From Chrysomallon squamiferum (lineage: Eukaryota > Animalia > Mollusca), in assembly GCA_012295275.1 (NCBI GenBank), contig CM022678.1, positions 19,468,001 through 19,532,000 on the forward strand: 64,000 nucleotides of DNA. Direction: 5' to 3'. The position numbers and the translations under genes were made by a program. The notes under the pieces were generated by a model. It was not told where the DNA came from, did no database searches, and saw only the letters and a list, made by a program, of their open reading frames with translations. Positions 13,005 to 28,470 of this stretch are shown here, in pieces; the stretch's first letter is position 1; every line of letters starts with the position of its first letter.

Positions 13005-13782
13005 TTGTTGTTGCTGTTATTGATACTGATGGTGTTGTAGTTTTCTGGATTTGTCTTTATCACGTTTTCATTATTCCTTTTTTTCTTTCTTTCTTTTTTA
13101 ATGTTTCTTTTTCTGTAATTACTGATTCAGATGTCACTGGAAACCAGGTATTCAAAAATTAACTGAAAAATAAAATAAAATAAATCAAGTAGATAATTAA
13201 CTAAATATAAGCCAAAATACTACTACTATTACAGCTACTGCTACTTCAACTACTACTATTATTCCTACTACTGCTACTACTAATAAGAATAATTGTAACA
13301 GTAACAACAATAATAACAATTGTGGTTGGAGGAAAAGTAACTACAACAATAATAATAGTAATAGTAATAGTAATAGTAATAATAGTAATAGTAATAGTAA
13401 TAATAATAATAGTAATAGTAATAGTAATAATAATAATGCTGTTGAAAATGAAGGTGATTAAAAACAAATAAAAAAATAATATTTTAATCAATAACGAATG
13501 CTAATAATTATTTCAGTTTTAGATTTTAACTTTCACCAACAAACAAGGGACATAAATTTTACATATTTTTTTGGTAAGTTAGCAACAGAATACTAATTTT
13601 TAGTTCTGTACATTAAAAAGTGTTACCTGAACAAATAAGAAATAAAAAATCAGACTGGAAAAATAATGTCGTCATTTGAGCTGTGTACATACAAATGGAG
13701 AAGGGAAATAATTCTTTTCTCTTTAAGATCATCGAATTGGATGTCATTGGTGTATGTTGCGTATTCAGATTATAAACTGGAA

Positions 13783-13822
<40 letters not shown>

Positions 13823-14374
13823 GTATTAATAATAATAATAAAGAGAAAAAAAAAAAAAAAAAATTAAAAAAGAAATAAAGCATTTGGAGACGGTTTTTTT
13901 TTTTTTTTTTTTTTTTTTTTGACTGATAAATAAGCGTTCGAAATAATATATTATTAGGGTACCTTGCAAAATAAATAAATAAATTTAATTTTTTCTTTAC
14001 TAATTTACTTGTTTATATATGAAACAAAACAAAAATTAATAAAGAAAAAAAAAAAAAATTAAATTAAAATAATATTAAAGACAAAAGAAAGAAAATGAAG
14101 CAAGCACTGTTATAATTAAGACATTCTCATTATATTTCTAATTAAACAACTATTAATTATCAAATTAAATATAAACTGTGAGTAAAAGTTTTATATTCTT
14201 ACCCAATGCAATAAATAGCTAAAAAACAAAATTAAAGTTAAAATTAAGAAACCAAAACGATAAGACACCTTTTCAAATCAAGAATCAAACTGTCGTCTGC
14301 TGTCAAACAGTGGTGACGTGGCACATCGCTGGTTGGGGTCATTGATCTAAAAGTACCACCGTTCTTTTAGCGAA

Positions 14375-14422
<48 letters not shown>

Positions 14423-14446
14423 TGATCTTTAATATTATTATTATTG

Positions 14447-14502
<56 letters not shown>

Positions 14503-14818
14503 ACATGAAGTGACAATAAACAGTTATTATAATAAATAATTTATCCTGAAAACTACGCTTTTAGATCCAGTACTAATGAGAGTACAAAGTAATGTCACAT
14601 GCTAAAAGTAGTGACGTAATCGATTTGAAACAGCAACTAATAATAAAAGTTTCAAATTAATTGACTGTTTAAGAATAACCTTGAAATTTTATGACAAACT
14701 GAAAACTTAAATTTATTTATTTATTTTGCTAGGCACCTTAATAATATATTATTTCGTACGCTTGTTTTAAAAACACATCAAATTATCAATAAAAAAATAA
14801 TAAGAATAAATATATATA

Positions 14819-15410
14819 CAGTGGTACCTTAACTTACGTTCCGTGACCAAGCTCGTATCTTAATTTGCTCGTATATCAAATCAATTTTCCCAACAGAAAT
14901 GTATTAAAATACATTAAGTTCCAACACCCGATTTATATATATATATATATATATTTTCTTAAATAAGAAAAGTGTATTTATAAATAAGAAATACTATATA
15001 AAAACTAAATAAAAGAGAATGTAAAGAAATAAATTGGTTTTGTAAAGTGTATTTATCTTGGAGCATGGTACATATCGTAATACGCTCGTAATACCTAGCC
15101 AAGTCGACTACATTTCTTCTTCTCAGCACTGTCATTTGCACACACTTCCTTGCGATCCATGCTTAGAAAAAAGAAATGTGGCAAGATACTGCACAAAACG
15201 CAAACACAACACAACACAACAGATATGCTTCCGCGGCGAGGTAACCACGTGAAGTAAACGAGTGAGACGCGGGATGCTGGCCGGATGTTATGTCTTTCAT
15301 TGCACCTACTCGAACTGTGGCTCGCAACTCAAAGCAAAAATCGACCCAGGCAACTGCTCAAAACTCAAAAAGTTCGTACGTTGAGGCACTTGTAAGTCAA
15401 GGTACCATTG
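14819..15410 (-). mobile_element. Tigger/pogo DNA transposon remnant, copy 2 (both TIRs, internally deleted, ~590 bp)
   Basis: Left TA|CAGTGGTACCTTAACTTACG; right end TGTAAGTCAAGGTACCATTG (15391-15410), reverse complement CAATGGTACCTTGACTTACA (17/20 match). Degraded transposase remnant VVDLARYYERITICTML on the minus strand. Confidence 0.88.
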
Positions 15411-15421
15411 TTTGTGTATAT

Positions 15422-15456
<35 letters not shown>

Positions 15457-15943
15457 GCCTTTCTGTGAGAAATTCCTTTCCATTATATTTCATTGTATAT
15501 CGTATGCATGTTTATACGTGTAGACATAACCACTTGTCAGTATCTGGAGTTATTTCCCTTTGAACATGAGTACCTACTGTTTAACTATTTTTATTAACAA
15601 ACATTAAACTAGTGAAACTAGTAAAAGAAAAGTTACGTAAAATCTAAACTTGGAAGCTGATATGCAGAAATATCTCGGCTTTCATATTAACATGGTTTAT
15701 TTATACTGATTCATTTCATGACATACATACATATTATTACTATTATTACTGTTAGCAATATTCTAAATAGCCTTAATTTCTGAGGTCTTCTCGGGGCTTC
15801 TATATTTGCTTAATTCCTGCAGCTTTTTGAGAAGAATTTAGAATATCTTTTGAAAATAACATAATATCTTTTGAAGATACAGAAACATACATTTTTTGTG
15901 TGTGTGTGTGTGTTTATTTATAGATATCTAATTACAGATATCT

Positions 15944-15945
<2 letters not shown>

Positions 15946-16030
<85 letters not shown>
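15946..16030. repeat. (GA)n microsatellite (first of >20 long GA/CT tracts between 15.9 and 61.6 kb)
   Basis: Read directly. Others start at ~20432, 22727, 23657, 29817, 31973, 36009, 36748, 42566, 42685, 44486, 44995, 45966, 46659, 47143, 51716, 52659, 53489, 55154, 56210, 57880, 61016 and 61529. Confidence 0.95.
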
Positions 16031-16032
<2 letters not shown>

Positions 16033-16595
16033 CATTTTGTGACTATATATCTTTAAAAATAATAATAATAATAAAAAATAAAACATCTTTCATATATCAG
16101 GTTTTAGTAACTCATTTTTTTTTTTTTTTTTTTTTTTTTGGAATGAGTACTATTAATATTGACATAACACGTAAGATCTACTTAACTAAAGCCATACATT
16201 CTCTAAGTGAAACCTAAATCCGGTGCGCATAACGAAGAAAGGAAAAAAACAAAAGACAAATGACAAATGGAGGTCTCACTTGGAAGTTGATGTCATACGC
16301 AAGAAAAAGCTTAATTGAAAAATATGGGTTTTCATTCTCGGAGTTAATTAAATTATTCCACTAGCATTCTTCATAATTGCGAGCTAGGTAACAAGATAAA
16401 AACTGACATTTAGATTCGTGAATTAATTAACTTGACATTTACTGAAAATGTGTGTGAATAAAATGCGTGACTAACACGTTTTAGAGCATTAACTACACCG
16501 CAGTAAACAAAGACACACACACACACACACACGCACACACATGTATCAGGGGGCGTAAAGTACGCCGTAGCACGAAAATCCGTTTATTTTTTTAC

Positions 16596-16637
<42 letters not shown>

Positions 16638-18469
16638 ACTATTTGTATTAATTAATTTTTTTTTTTTTAATAAAAACAGAATATATTGCACTACTGAAAG
16701 TGGAACGGGAAAATCATGCTGCGTTTATCCCGCTTTGTTGCAAATTACGACTGCAAACAAAATAAAAAACAATTATTTAAAAAAAATTAATAATAAAATT
16801 AAAAAAAACAAATTAAAAATGTTCCATTAAACTATGGGTGTCATTTACGTTCGAGTCTCGTCAGCACTAACGCGGCACACCTGTTGTGACAGGTTTGTGT
16901 GAATGCGGGTGATTGGACTTTGTCTCGTCAGCGGCATCTGACGGGTTTGTGAGGTCGTGATTGAACTTTGTCCTCCTGCGCCAGTGCGTTCCCGAATATT
17001 GTATTCAGACGAACATAAGACAGAGAATGTTCAGTCCTAAATAACACAGATAAATACCTATTATTTGGACATATGCACCTACACATTCTGTCACATTTTC
17101 TTATGATCACATCACGAAATATATCTATTTGTCTATATCAATACACAGTGGGTGTTTTAAATCCATCAAGGCCATGACGTCATCACCTCAGAAAGTGCAA
17201 ATCGTGTTAAATAGTGTCGCGATGTATTTAGAATGTGAGTGTAACAGGAAATGCACGAAGGAGTGGAATGATTATTAAACTAGAAACAAAACAAAACAAA
17301 AAGATAAAATTATGAATAAATAATAATGATGATGATGATAAGAAAATTATCAAAAACAGTATTACTACCACTGCAGCTACTACTACTACTACTACTACTA
17401 CTACAATCGCTATATAATAATTATAATAATAACAGCAACAACAATAGCAATAATAAGAAGAAAACAGACGGAACGAAAGAAAGAAATTAAAATTTATAAT
17501 AAAATGATATGAAATAATACTACTAATATAAGATTTCAAATGTAAGATTCCTTTTTATTATTATTATTATTTGTTTATTTATTTATTTTATTTTATTTTA
17601 TTTTTATTTTTATTTTTATTTTATTTTTTTATATTTTATTTTATTTTTTTTTTTTTTTTATCGTGTACAATATTTAAACTTACAGCACCTAGCACTGTCA
17701 AAACACTTGTTCACAAACCAGATTTACTTTTAAACTCCTTGAAAACGAATTATTTGTCCCTGTTTCATTGGCTAATGATTGCATTTAGTTTACTTTAGTA
17801 GACTGGAAAACCTTTTATCTGTTATTAATCTGTCCAGGTTATTCTGGATATCGAGTTTTGTTTCTATAATTAAAACGCTGACGTCTACTTTTGTCGCGAC
17901 GTGTCTGTTTCAATCACGAATCGTCTGCGGTTGTTCTGTCGCTTTGGCGGGTAACTGCTCCATCAACTTCAGTGTAAATATTTGTTGTTTCCATTTTCAC
18001 GGTTTACTGCGATTTATATGCAGATAATTGCATGTTGAATTTGTCTAAATGTGATGATTTTTTTTTTTTTTTTAATTTTTTTTTATTTTAGATTTTTTTA
18101 TTCCCGAAGATTTATTTGCCGAAATCGATTCCGACGGAAAAAATACCTGTTACCAACAAAGGAAGAGAAGTGTGTTAAAATAACTACAGAGTTTGCACAT
18201 TAAACATTACAGTGAATAGATACAGTATAAATAAGTAAATAGATAAATAAATAAATACATTTTTATGTGCTGCATTAACTTGTTAGCTTTATATAACTAA
18301 TATCACTTCGCTACATCTTTGATTTAAATGGATGTATATAATAAAAAAAATAAAACATGAACAGATAAACCATACGTATAGAGTGAAAGAGAAAAGAATA
18401 TATGAGCAGATATACACGGAAAGAAAGAGATTCTTATTATACTGATGAAGTGTCGGTTGAGAAATTACG

Positions 18470-18534
<65 letters not shown>

Positions 18535-20173
18535 ACACATTTGTTTATTTATTTATTTATTTATACCATTACCACCATCGTTGTTATTATTATCTTTACA
18601 TCTACGTATATGTCTAACAACGTCATCAAACAGCCATTAATTCATTTTCTACTTAACTTCCTCCCTCGGAAGAAAGCACCAAGCTAAACAGGTCGTCTGC
18701 ATACAGGCATACAAGTAACAGTTCTGTGGAATCAGGAACACACGTAATATATATATAAATCTCTACAATTGATTTACTCTTCACAACAGACATATGGATG
18801 TATACACGGACGAATCTTCAGCTAAGACCACAGAAATGTTTTCCGTGGCTGCAGCTGAGTTTCAGTGTAAATCATAATTTGCTCGGGGCGGGGGGGGTCA
18901 TTTAAAGGAAAATTATAAAGTGCTCATAACTCATTTTATCGATTTATCGATGAAGGATGGAGGAAAATGGCAAGCAGCGTGCTCAAACGACGTCCCTTCT
19001 GCAACGAGAGACACAATTAGGTAGGTTTCCGCGCGGAAATACAACTTTGAAGTATCTAATTTGAAATTTCAACTTTCATAATTTGGCCTACTCCTCCTTT
19101 GATGGAGTCGAATTCGCTCGTCTGAGTCGACGTCGTAAAGAACCACATATTGAAATCAACAGAGCGAAAGCAGTGTAAACAACAACAGCAGCAACAACTG
19201 CGGTGACGATAATGATAATAATCAGACTAAAATAAAATAATAATGGTGATGATGATGACAATAACGATAATGATAACGATAATGACGATGATAATGATGA
19301 TAATAATAATAATGATGATGATGATTATGATGTTGATGGTAATGATAATAATAATAATAAATGATAACATCAACAAAACTAAAACAACAACAATATCATT
19401 AACAACAAAATTCAAATGAAAAATAACAATAAAAATAATCTTTTCATTTTTCTATTTTCAAAGTACATCCGAGCAATTATTTAAAATAATTTCAGTTCAT
19501 TTGTAAACTATTATTATTATTATTATTATTAAGTAATTTATTAATTATCACCATCGTTTTCATTATTATTTGTTTAGTTTTAGTAATAGTAACGGTAATG
19601 CTCGTAGAAGTAATAGCAACAGCAGTTTCTGCAATAGTAGTTGTGGTTGTGTAGTCGTAGTAGTAGTGGTCGTTACTATTGTCGTAGCTAAAATTCTTCA
19701 CTTATAAAACGAGACCATGTGACTGTCTGTCCGTGGGCACGTGTGTTTAAGTGGTTGACAGAAGACAGACACACATACAGACAGATAAAATAGATATACA
19801 TTTATTCAACTTGCGTTACAAACTAAAAGTACATCTGCTACTGAATGTGATGCCCACTTACTCCCTAATTTAGCTAAATCACATCCTGATAGAATTTACG
19901 TTTATGACTGTTATTACTGTTATTTTATTTTCTAGTTATTTTTCAAAGGTCAGTGCCTTCGAGTGCGGTATGTGTGTGTCAGAGTGAACGTAATTTATCT
20001 AAATCAAAAAAGTCGTGTCTACGTTACACCGAAGTTAGAAATTACACAGTATTCTTATTTCATACTTTCCGTGTCAGAATCAATGATTTTTTTTTATAAT
20101 AATCGAAATTGTTTAAGATTTTTCTATGATTTTTATTTTTTTATTTTTTATTTTTTTATTAATATTATGATCC

Positions 20174-20204
<31 letters not shown>

Positions 20205-20427
20205 GACCATCATTAATATTATTGCTGTTGTTGTTTTTGTTGTTGTTAGTTTTACTGTTATTATTATTATTGTTGTTCTTGTTGTTGTTATTATTATTAT
20301 AGTTATTATTAGTATTGTTATTATTATTTTTAAACGACCCACAGTAAAATAATTAAATCATCAGTATGATCATCATAGAATATGAGTGCAAAACAATTCA
20401 CGCTTTATCAGATGAATACAATAATTT

Positions 20428-20531
<104 letters not shown>

Positions 20532-22725
20532 GGAATGGATAAATGAACAGATGCGTGGTTGAATGGATGGAGAGATTGAAAAAAAGAGAAAGAGATAGAT
20601 ACAGACCGTGACACAACAGATTTAGGCAGCTATAGAGAGAAAGAAAGAGACAGGAAAAGAAAGATGTTGTATGTTATATTTAATAAATGAATGTGACGTT
20701 GATGACAGGTCACGTGATTTCTCCGCTGTGACGTTGTGTCTGTTGATGAAGAGAACATGTTTCTCACACCACGGCAATCAGCGAGCTCACAAAATGTCAA
20801 CCACTGCAGCAGCATTCTTAATCTTCAGTCGTCTTAATTTGGCGAAAAACAATTTAATCCGATTTTATCTAAAGGTGTCGTCACAGAAACCAACTTGCAG
20901 TAACCGTTTTCAGACTTGGAATTGACCGAAATCCACTCTCACGTAGAAAAAAAAAAAAAAAAAAAAAAAAAACCCACCTACAACAACCGCTACCAGTCTC
21001 ATTATATAGTTTTATAACAGAAAGGATATTTAAAGTTAAGCTGTGTGACAGCGGCTTTACTGCTCTCGCTGATTATGAAGATGGAAATATTCCATGTTGG
21101 TAAACTTGTTAAAGTTATTGACTCCAGTGGAAGATCTTGTTGCACGATTTGAACTTCGACTCGGGGAAACAAGAAAAACACGTCAGAGGAAATTGCACAT
21201 GGCGTCAGTTTCAGTTTGATCGAAACGAAACGTGCATTGGTCATTATAAAAGAAAATTAAATCACTCCATTTTAGCTTCTTTTTTTTTTTCAATAGTCAG
21301 ACATGTTTTCAACTGAATCTTCAGAGATTAATCAATATCACTTAGATAACAGAATACGTTATCATCATCATCATCATCGTCATCATCATGGCCAAAAGTG
21401 TCCTCGTTATTTCGCAATCTCTGTCCTTATTATGAAATCATTTACATTTTACGACTTCTACTGCTACTGCTAGTGCTAATGGTATTACTATTACAGTTAC
21501 TGCTGTTACTACAACTACTACAACTACCTCTGCTACTACTACCACCAGATACGGCTGCTAGTGTTATTACTGTTATCATTACAACAACAGCATTACTACC
21601 ACGGTATTACTAATTTTACTATTATGGCTGCTGCTGCTTTTATTATTATTATTTCTACTCCTGCTTTTATTGATAATGAAGATATTTGGTTGTTATAATA
21701 GTTATTAGTAGTAATGGATAAATATTTAAACTGATAAATAAATAATAAATTTAACTGGCATCATGTTCGTCTTTTCCCAATGACCAGACAATGAAAGCCA
21801 TTAAATAACCAGTGACAAACACACACGCATACACGTCCAAACACATCTACACACACACACACACACACACAAACAAAAACAAAAACTGTTTTGTATTTTA
21901 TTATGTACTGCTTTTTTTTTTTTTTTTTTTTTTTTTTTTGTCTTTTTTTTTTTTATTTTATTTTTTTTTTTTTTTGTCTTTTTTTTTAACCATCCCGGAT
22001 GGAAAAACCGCCATATTGATTTCACATTCTATCGTAACTGATATTTCAGCTTTTGCTACGCATCAGCGCACTGGGTTTAACTGTAAATTGATAGCATTAT
22101 TCCATTTGGCATTAACCTAGTTGCGCAGTCTATTTATCTATTAACATTAAACATTTATCATTTGCTTGTATTAACAATAATTCGCCTGGGCCAAAGCATA
22201 TTTGTTTGTGAAAGAATATTTTATTATTATTATTATTATTTTATATTCAGGTTGCTGGCGTTTCAGGTGTAAACTGTGAGAAGAACACCAAGATAGCTTA
22301 GCATGCATTTTCTACTTCACGCAGTATTGGTTTTAGCCATATTCATTATCATAATCATCATTCATTATCATCATCGTTATGATCATTATTATCATCCTTG
22401 TCGTCACCGCCATGACGATCATCAGAATTATCGCGTCATCACCATCATCATCATCATCATCATTATTATCATCGTGTCATAGTAACTTGAAAAATTATGA
22501 TGATGACACACGCTATAAAATGAAATAGCTGTTCTTCTCCATCAGCAGCAGCAACAGCAACTTCATTAGCATCATCAACATGTTCCTTCTCATTATTATT
22601 TTCAATGGCATTGTCATCATCACGATCTTTATTATTATCATAATAGTCGCAATATCATTGTCATTATAAAAAATATTCTCCAAGTTCAAATCACTGAACT
22701 AACCTTTATATGTTACTGATAGATT

Positions 22726-22859
<134 letters not shown>

Positions 22860-23406
22860 CACACTTATCACACAACTTCAACATAGTAAGTCAAAATGCA
22901 ACGTATTATAACCGACATTAAATCTCGTTTTGACAAAAGGTTATTTCTGTAAAATACAATCTGGGAAAAAAAGAAAAAGAAAATCCCCCCCCCAAAAAAG
23001 AAAACAAATGAGCTTTCAAGATTTGAATAAACTCTGTATCTCATTTTCAAACGAACACTTAAAAATAAAGTAAAATATACGTTAATATTTTAATGGCTGC
23101 AAAAAGCCATTTTAAGTAATGAAATCAGCGTGATTTCGATAGGGAGGTAAAGTCGATAATTCTTTTTGACCGTTCAAGTTTAATGTGAAACGTTAGTTTA
23201 ATCACAGCTAATTTTGTTTACGACTCAAAAACTGAAGCGAAACTCTTTCATATGCACAGGTATTATCTGCTAAAAATAACTATGAATTTATTTAATGTTT
23301 ATACTAATGTTATTTTATTTTATTTTTTTTTTCTGCTGAAATTTCTGGAATTTCTTTTTATTTATTTTTCATTTCATTCTTTCATTCTTTCTTTCTTTAT
23401 TTGTTT

Positions 23407-23437
<31 letters not shown>

Positions 23438-23652
23438 TTTTTTTTATTATTATTTTTTTTTTTCCTTGTTTTTTAAATTGTTATTTAATCCAAACTGTAA
23501 ATCGACAGAAACAAACTAAACGCATTTGGTGCAAATGAACCGTAAATAAATAAATAAAACTGTGTCGAGTCTCTTGACATGTTTTATTGGAATTAGGGTC
23601 ATTTGGAAACAAGGTAAACGCCTTTATATTAGTTATTTAATGTTAATGACTT

Positions 23653-23712
<60 letters not shown>

Positions 23713-24281
23713 CAAAGTAACAGAACTGAAAACTGAAAAGCCATTGAGGAGCAATATTTTATGGCTCGGCAATAATCCTATCTTTGCTTACTTTTATCCC
23801 ATAAATTCAGCCATTACTCTGGCTAGAACGGGATAAAATGATTAGCCTGTCAGTGCAGACTGATGAATTAGGGTATGTACAAAGCGAAGACGAGATTCAG
23901 TATTTGCAAGCTGCTTCACAATCTACGTTACAAACGTGTTCTCCGGTCTCCGAGCACAGGTAATAAATTACGTTACGTACGATAAAAGATTACGACCAAT
24001 TAGAGTCGAAATTTTTCTTAGTTCCTGTGCATCCTGGGAAGGAATGTTCATCACTTATCAAATGTGATCTGGAGTTAAAAGAAATGCTTTGATGTTTGGA
24101 TGAATAATTGTAATTAGAGAAAATGTAAGTAATGTAAAATGCATACTTACGTACATGCATACGTACGTACGTACACACATACATACATATATATTATGCA
24201 TACATACATACATACATATACATACATACATACACATAAATATACACATACATACATTCAGATACATATACACACACACAC

Positions 24282-24312
<31 letters not shown>

Positions 24313-24672
24313 TCTAAACCGACAGATGACATAGACAGCCAAACGAACTTACAGTCAAGAATACACATAGATATAAACAGACAGACATCCCAACAGAGAA
24401 ATATATAAAATTTTCATTTTACTCTTTCCCTATGATCAGATGACAGCATATTTTATGATAAGGATATCATTATCGACATTTTTCATCTTCAATAAAGCAA
24501 ATATGATCAGTCTGCTTGTATAACAAGTATTTTTCTTAAGATCGATTGTTTGATTTTCCTGCTCAAATGAAACTAACAATGTTTACAGGGGACAGGACAT
24601 TTTGTTTAAGTATCGGTTCATAGGTGCAAAATACGTGATAACTGGCAAATAACCACACCTCTACAGCACGCG

Positions 24673-24676
<4 letters not shown>

Positions 24677-24745
<69 letters not shown>

Positions 24746-24796
24746 ACTCACACACTCACACAATCACACACACACACTCACACACACTCACACACA
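24677..24796. repeat. (CA)n microsatellite with CACT variants
   Basis: Read directly from the sequence. Confidence 0.95.
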
Positions 24797-25636
24797 GGCC
24801 CTCACAGAAGTTTAGTTTATCTTTAACCCTTTTTATTCCGTGTCAGTCGGTCTAAATGTCTGTCTGTCTACTTTTCTATATATATATATATATATATAAC
24901 AAAATGTGGGAAAAGACAGTGGGAAAAAAAAGAACATAAGAAGAAAGAAAAAGAAATGAAAAAGAAAGTGTATGAAGTAGCGAAAGATTGGGGGGAGGAA
25001 GCGAACAAAATAGGAATGGAAAGAAAGAAGAAAAGAAGAGAATGAAAGATAGGGTATGAATTAAAGAAATTCAGAAAGAAAATTGAAGAAAAGTAATTAA
25101 GAAAAAAGACATGGAAAGAAAGAAGAAAAGAAAAGCAAGAATACATGTGAATTAACGAAAGACCCAAAGAAAACAAAAATAACTGAAAAATAAAGATTTT
25201 TTTTATGAAAAAGAAAAGCTGCAAATAAAAAAACAACGGAGAGAAGGAAAGAAAGAAAGAAAGAAAGAAGGAAGGAATGGAAAAAGCTGAAAAAGGATAC
25301 TAATAACAACAGATACTAAAACTATTTTTTTTAAAGTTGAAGAAATGTTGATGTTAATGGTGGTGCTGAATTTCAAACTTTGTCATTTCAAATTAAAAAA
25401 TTTAGAGTCTAGAAGGTTTCAAATTTTTAATCACGTGAAACACTTAAAATAAGATTACAAACTAAAAATAATAAAAAATCTATTTTTTTCACCTACATAG
25501 ACATACGCCTTTATGAGGAAAGTCAAAACAGAATTTTGTCACACCAGTTTACGTAAACAGTCTGTCACACTCACAAACACACACACACCTACGTACAAAC
25601 ACACACAATACATACATACATACATACATACATACA

Positions 25637-25668
<32 letters not shown>

Positions 25669-25670
25669 CA

Positions 25671-25733
<63 letters not shown>

Positions 25734-26146
25734 GCACATATGACGATAAAACAACTACAATAACAAAAGCAGAAACAGACGTAGAACAAGAACATTTTTA
25801 AGAAAATAAATAGAGAGAAACAAAACCAGTGACAACTGCAGCAGCAGCAGCAGCATCAACAACAACAGCAACAACAACATATTTTTATATATGTAAGGGA
25901 AATGACATGTAATGGCTTTCTGCTAAGCTGCCCACTTTTTTTCTTTGGTCTTGCTCTATTTCATGGGCATTTCAAGGTTCGTAGATCCTGTGGTCTTTCG
26001 TGTGTTGAATGAAGACAACGCAACTGACTTAAACTAGGTAACCAATCCAATCAAGCTGTCAAAACTGTAAATACTTTTTAAATAAGTCTAAGAGATTTTT
26101 ATTTAGAAATTAATAACAGTATAATTGTTGTCTTCGTTGTTTGTCC

Positions 26147-26177
<31 letters not shown>

Positions 26178-26751
26178 ACTTGTTATAACTGTTCTTGTTG
26201 TTGGTAGTGGTGGTGTTGGTGTTGTATTATTGTCGTTGTTGTTGTTGTTGTTGTTGTTGTTATCGTTATTATCATTATTATTTCATCTTTTATTTCATTC
26301 CAAATCAATAATCCTTTTTTTTCCTTTTTTTTTTTTTTTTTTTTTTTTCGGAATTAGTCTCCGTAATTACAATATTTACAGATTTACTGCAATGGAATTT
26401 ACCTCGGTCTTTGTTGTCCGTTCAGCTGACGTTAAGCAAACACTCCTTGACAAACTGTTTACTGGGGACCAAAAAACGCATCACAGATATCATTACCAAA
26501 CAAGCAAAACATGTCTAACGTTCACGCTGTACGAATAATCGAAAATATGATTACACGATAACATGACAGAGATAACTCAGTTCTCGCCAATGATGTCGTT
26601 TGATTGAGCGAGCTCTGTCATCCGGGTTAAATAACAGATGATGATGATGATGATGATGACAATAATAATAGTAATAATTGTAATAATAATAAAAGCAGAC
26701 ATGTTTGTTTATTAGAATTCTTTGGACGAAAGAGATCATTATTATCTATAT

Positions 26752-26784
<33 letters not shown>

Positions 26785-27341
26785 AAGTAGTACTAGTACT
26801 ACTACCACTACTACTATTACTAATACTATTTTATTTATATCCATATTACTGTTTAGTCGGTGAAGAGGCTAGTGACGTATTTCCGGTCAGTTATAATAGA
26901 AAGAACCTTAAAAGCACGATGTATTCTAACCTCTGTTGTCGTCAGAGGTTTGAACTGGTATGTTTGTCGTGGTAGTAGAGCACGTCAGGTCGTAGTTCAT
27001 TTTGCCGTTTACGAGGTTGTGCAGATTTCCTGCTGAATTATCTATGTAATTCTAAAGTTATACCTTACATGTAAAATGTCTGTACCAACATGTAATTATT
27101 ATAATAAAATGTTATATTGGAGCCGTTAAATAAATAAAAATATAAACGTTTTTTTCTTGTTCGTCTATGTTTTTTTGACATTGTAAAAAAAAACATGACT
27201 TTGTATGTAATGTATAAATAAATATATAATATATATATTTTGATCAACACGAGAAACCGTCAGAACCAGATAGGACGCATTTTGATACTCGGTCATGGGA
27301 GTTTGTTTTTTTGTTTGCTTTATTTTATTATTATTGCCTCT

Positions 27342-27394
<53 letters not shown>
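27342..27394. repeat. (ATG)n microsatellite
   Basis: Read directly; source of the poly-M/D/H ORFs. Confidence 0.95.
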
Positions 27395-27395
<1 letters not shown>

Positions 27396-28309
27396 CACGG
27401 AAAAAGCCGAAAACAATTATTATTAAAAAATTGGACTGGTTTATTATTATTATTATTATTATTATAACTTTTGATTATTATTATGTATGGGAGTTTTTTT
27501 TTTATTTATTTATTTTATTATTTTGTGTTTGTATGACATATATGATGATGATGATTTTGCTTGTATTATTATTATTATTTTATATATATTTTATTATTAT
27601 ATATTTTTCCGCTGTTAGAATTTCTGATAATTTTTTTTCAATATTATGAGAATGTGTTATTACATTGAAGTGTGAATGAACTAAACAGGCTGTTCTGGTA
27701 ATGACTGGAAATAATTCGCTGAAGAAATCATGACCATAAACTTAAAAAAAAGTAAAAAATTGACATAATATATTTTTTTCTTGCTTTATTTTTATATTTC
27801 GTAATTTTATTTTTCTTACTTTCCTTATTCGTTTTTATCTTCCTTCTCTAATTATTTTTGTTTTGTTTTGATTTGTTGCTGCTTCTTTCGTTATTTTGTT
27901 TCTGTTTTCTGTTACTGTTGATCTTTATTTTAACATTGCCTTTCTTTAGATATTTATTATGCACCGATGGTTAACATGCTTCTTTTTTTTCTATATTTTT
28001 CGTTCGCTAATTTCTGTATAAACAATCTCCCACTTATACCAATGTCTCAAGTGAGAATGTTGTTGTTTTTGTTTAATAAGATGCATATGAATACAATTTT
28101 AAAACTGTCACCTTCGTTTCATCACTTTGAGTTACTATCCAATCAAGAATTCAAAATCTGAGTTGGAACATCATGAGACTGTTTACATTCTTCTGTTAAT
28201 TCTAAAAAAAAAAAAAACCAAAAACGCGTTTGTAATTTCGCTGCCAGAGCCGATAACGAGCTTGCTTGTTATCTTTCCCGTTCTGCTCATAAACGAAACA
28301 TTTGTTTTT

Positions 28310-28470
28310 TATTACACTAAATTATCTCCTATTAAATATTTACCACAACGGAGCATTGGACTGAAACATTACACCGACGGCAAAATATATGTTTTTGTTT
28401 GGCAAAAACTATCTCCCATTAAATATTTAACACAACAGAACGTATTGGACCGAAACAGCATAAAACCGAT
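28310..28470 (+). repeat. Diverged ~87-bp tandem duplication
   Basis: TATCTCCYATTAAATATTTAMCACAAC...ATTGGACYGAAACA occurs twice. Confidence 0.8.

Larger units (their letters stand above)
10448..15310 (+). repeat. Head-to-tail tandem duplication: copy A ~10448-12948, copy B ~12949-15310
   Basis: Long near-identical blocks, e.g. 10880-11010 vs 13435-13565 and 11525-11835 vs 14080-14375. The copies differ mainly in microsatellite lengths and within the Tigger part. Confidence 0.93.

Noticed and set aside
16547-16755. Possible hAT/MITE beginning CAGGGGGCGTA with a small hairpin
   Set aside because: No convincing matching TIR or target-site duplication.
26925-27000. 8-bp-stem hairpin and vague tRNA-like words
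   Set aside because: No cloverleaf and no proper A/B boxes; expected by chance.
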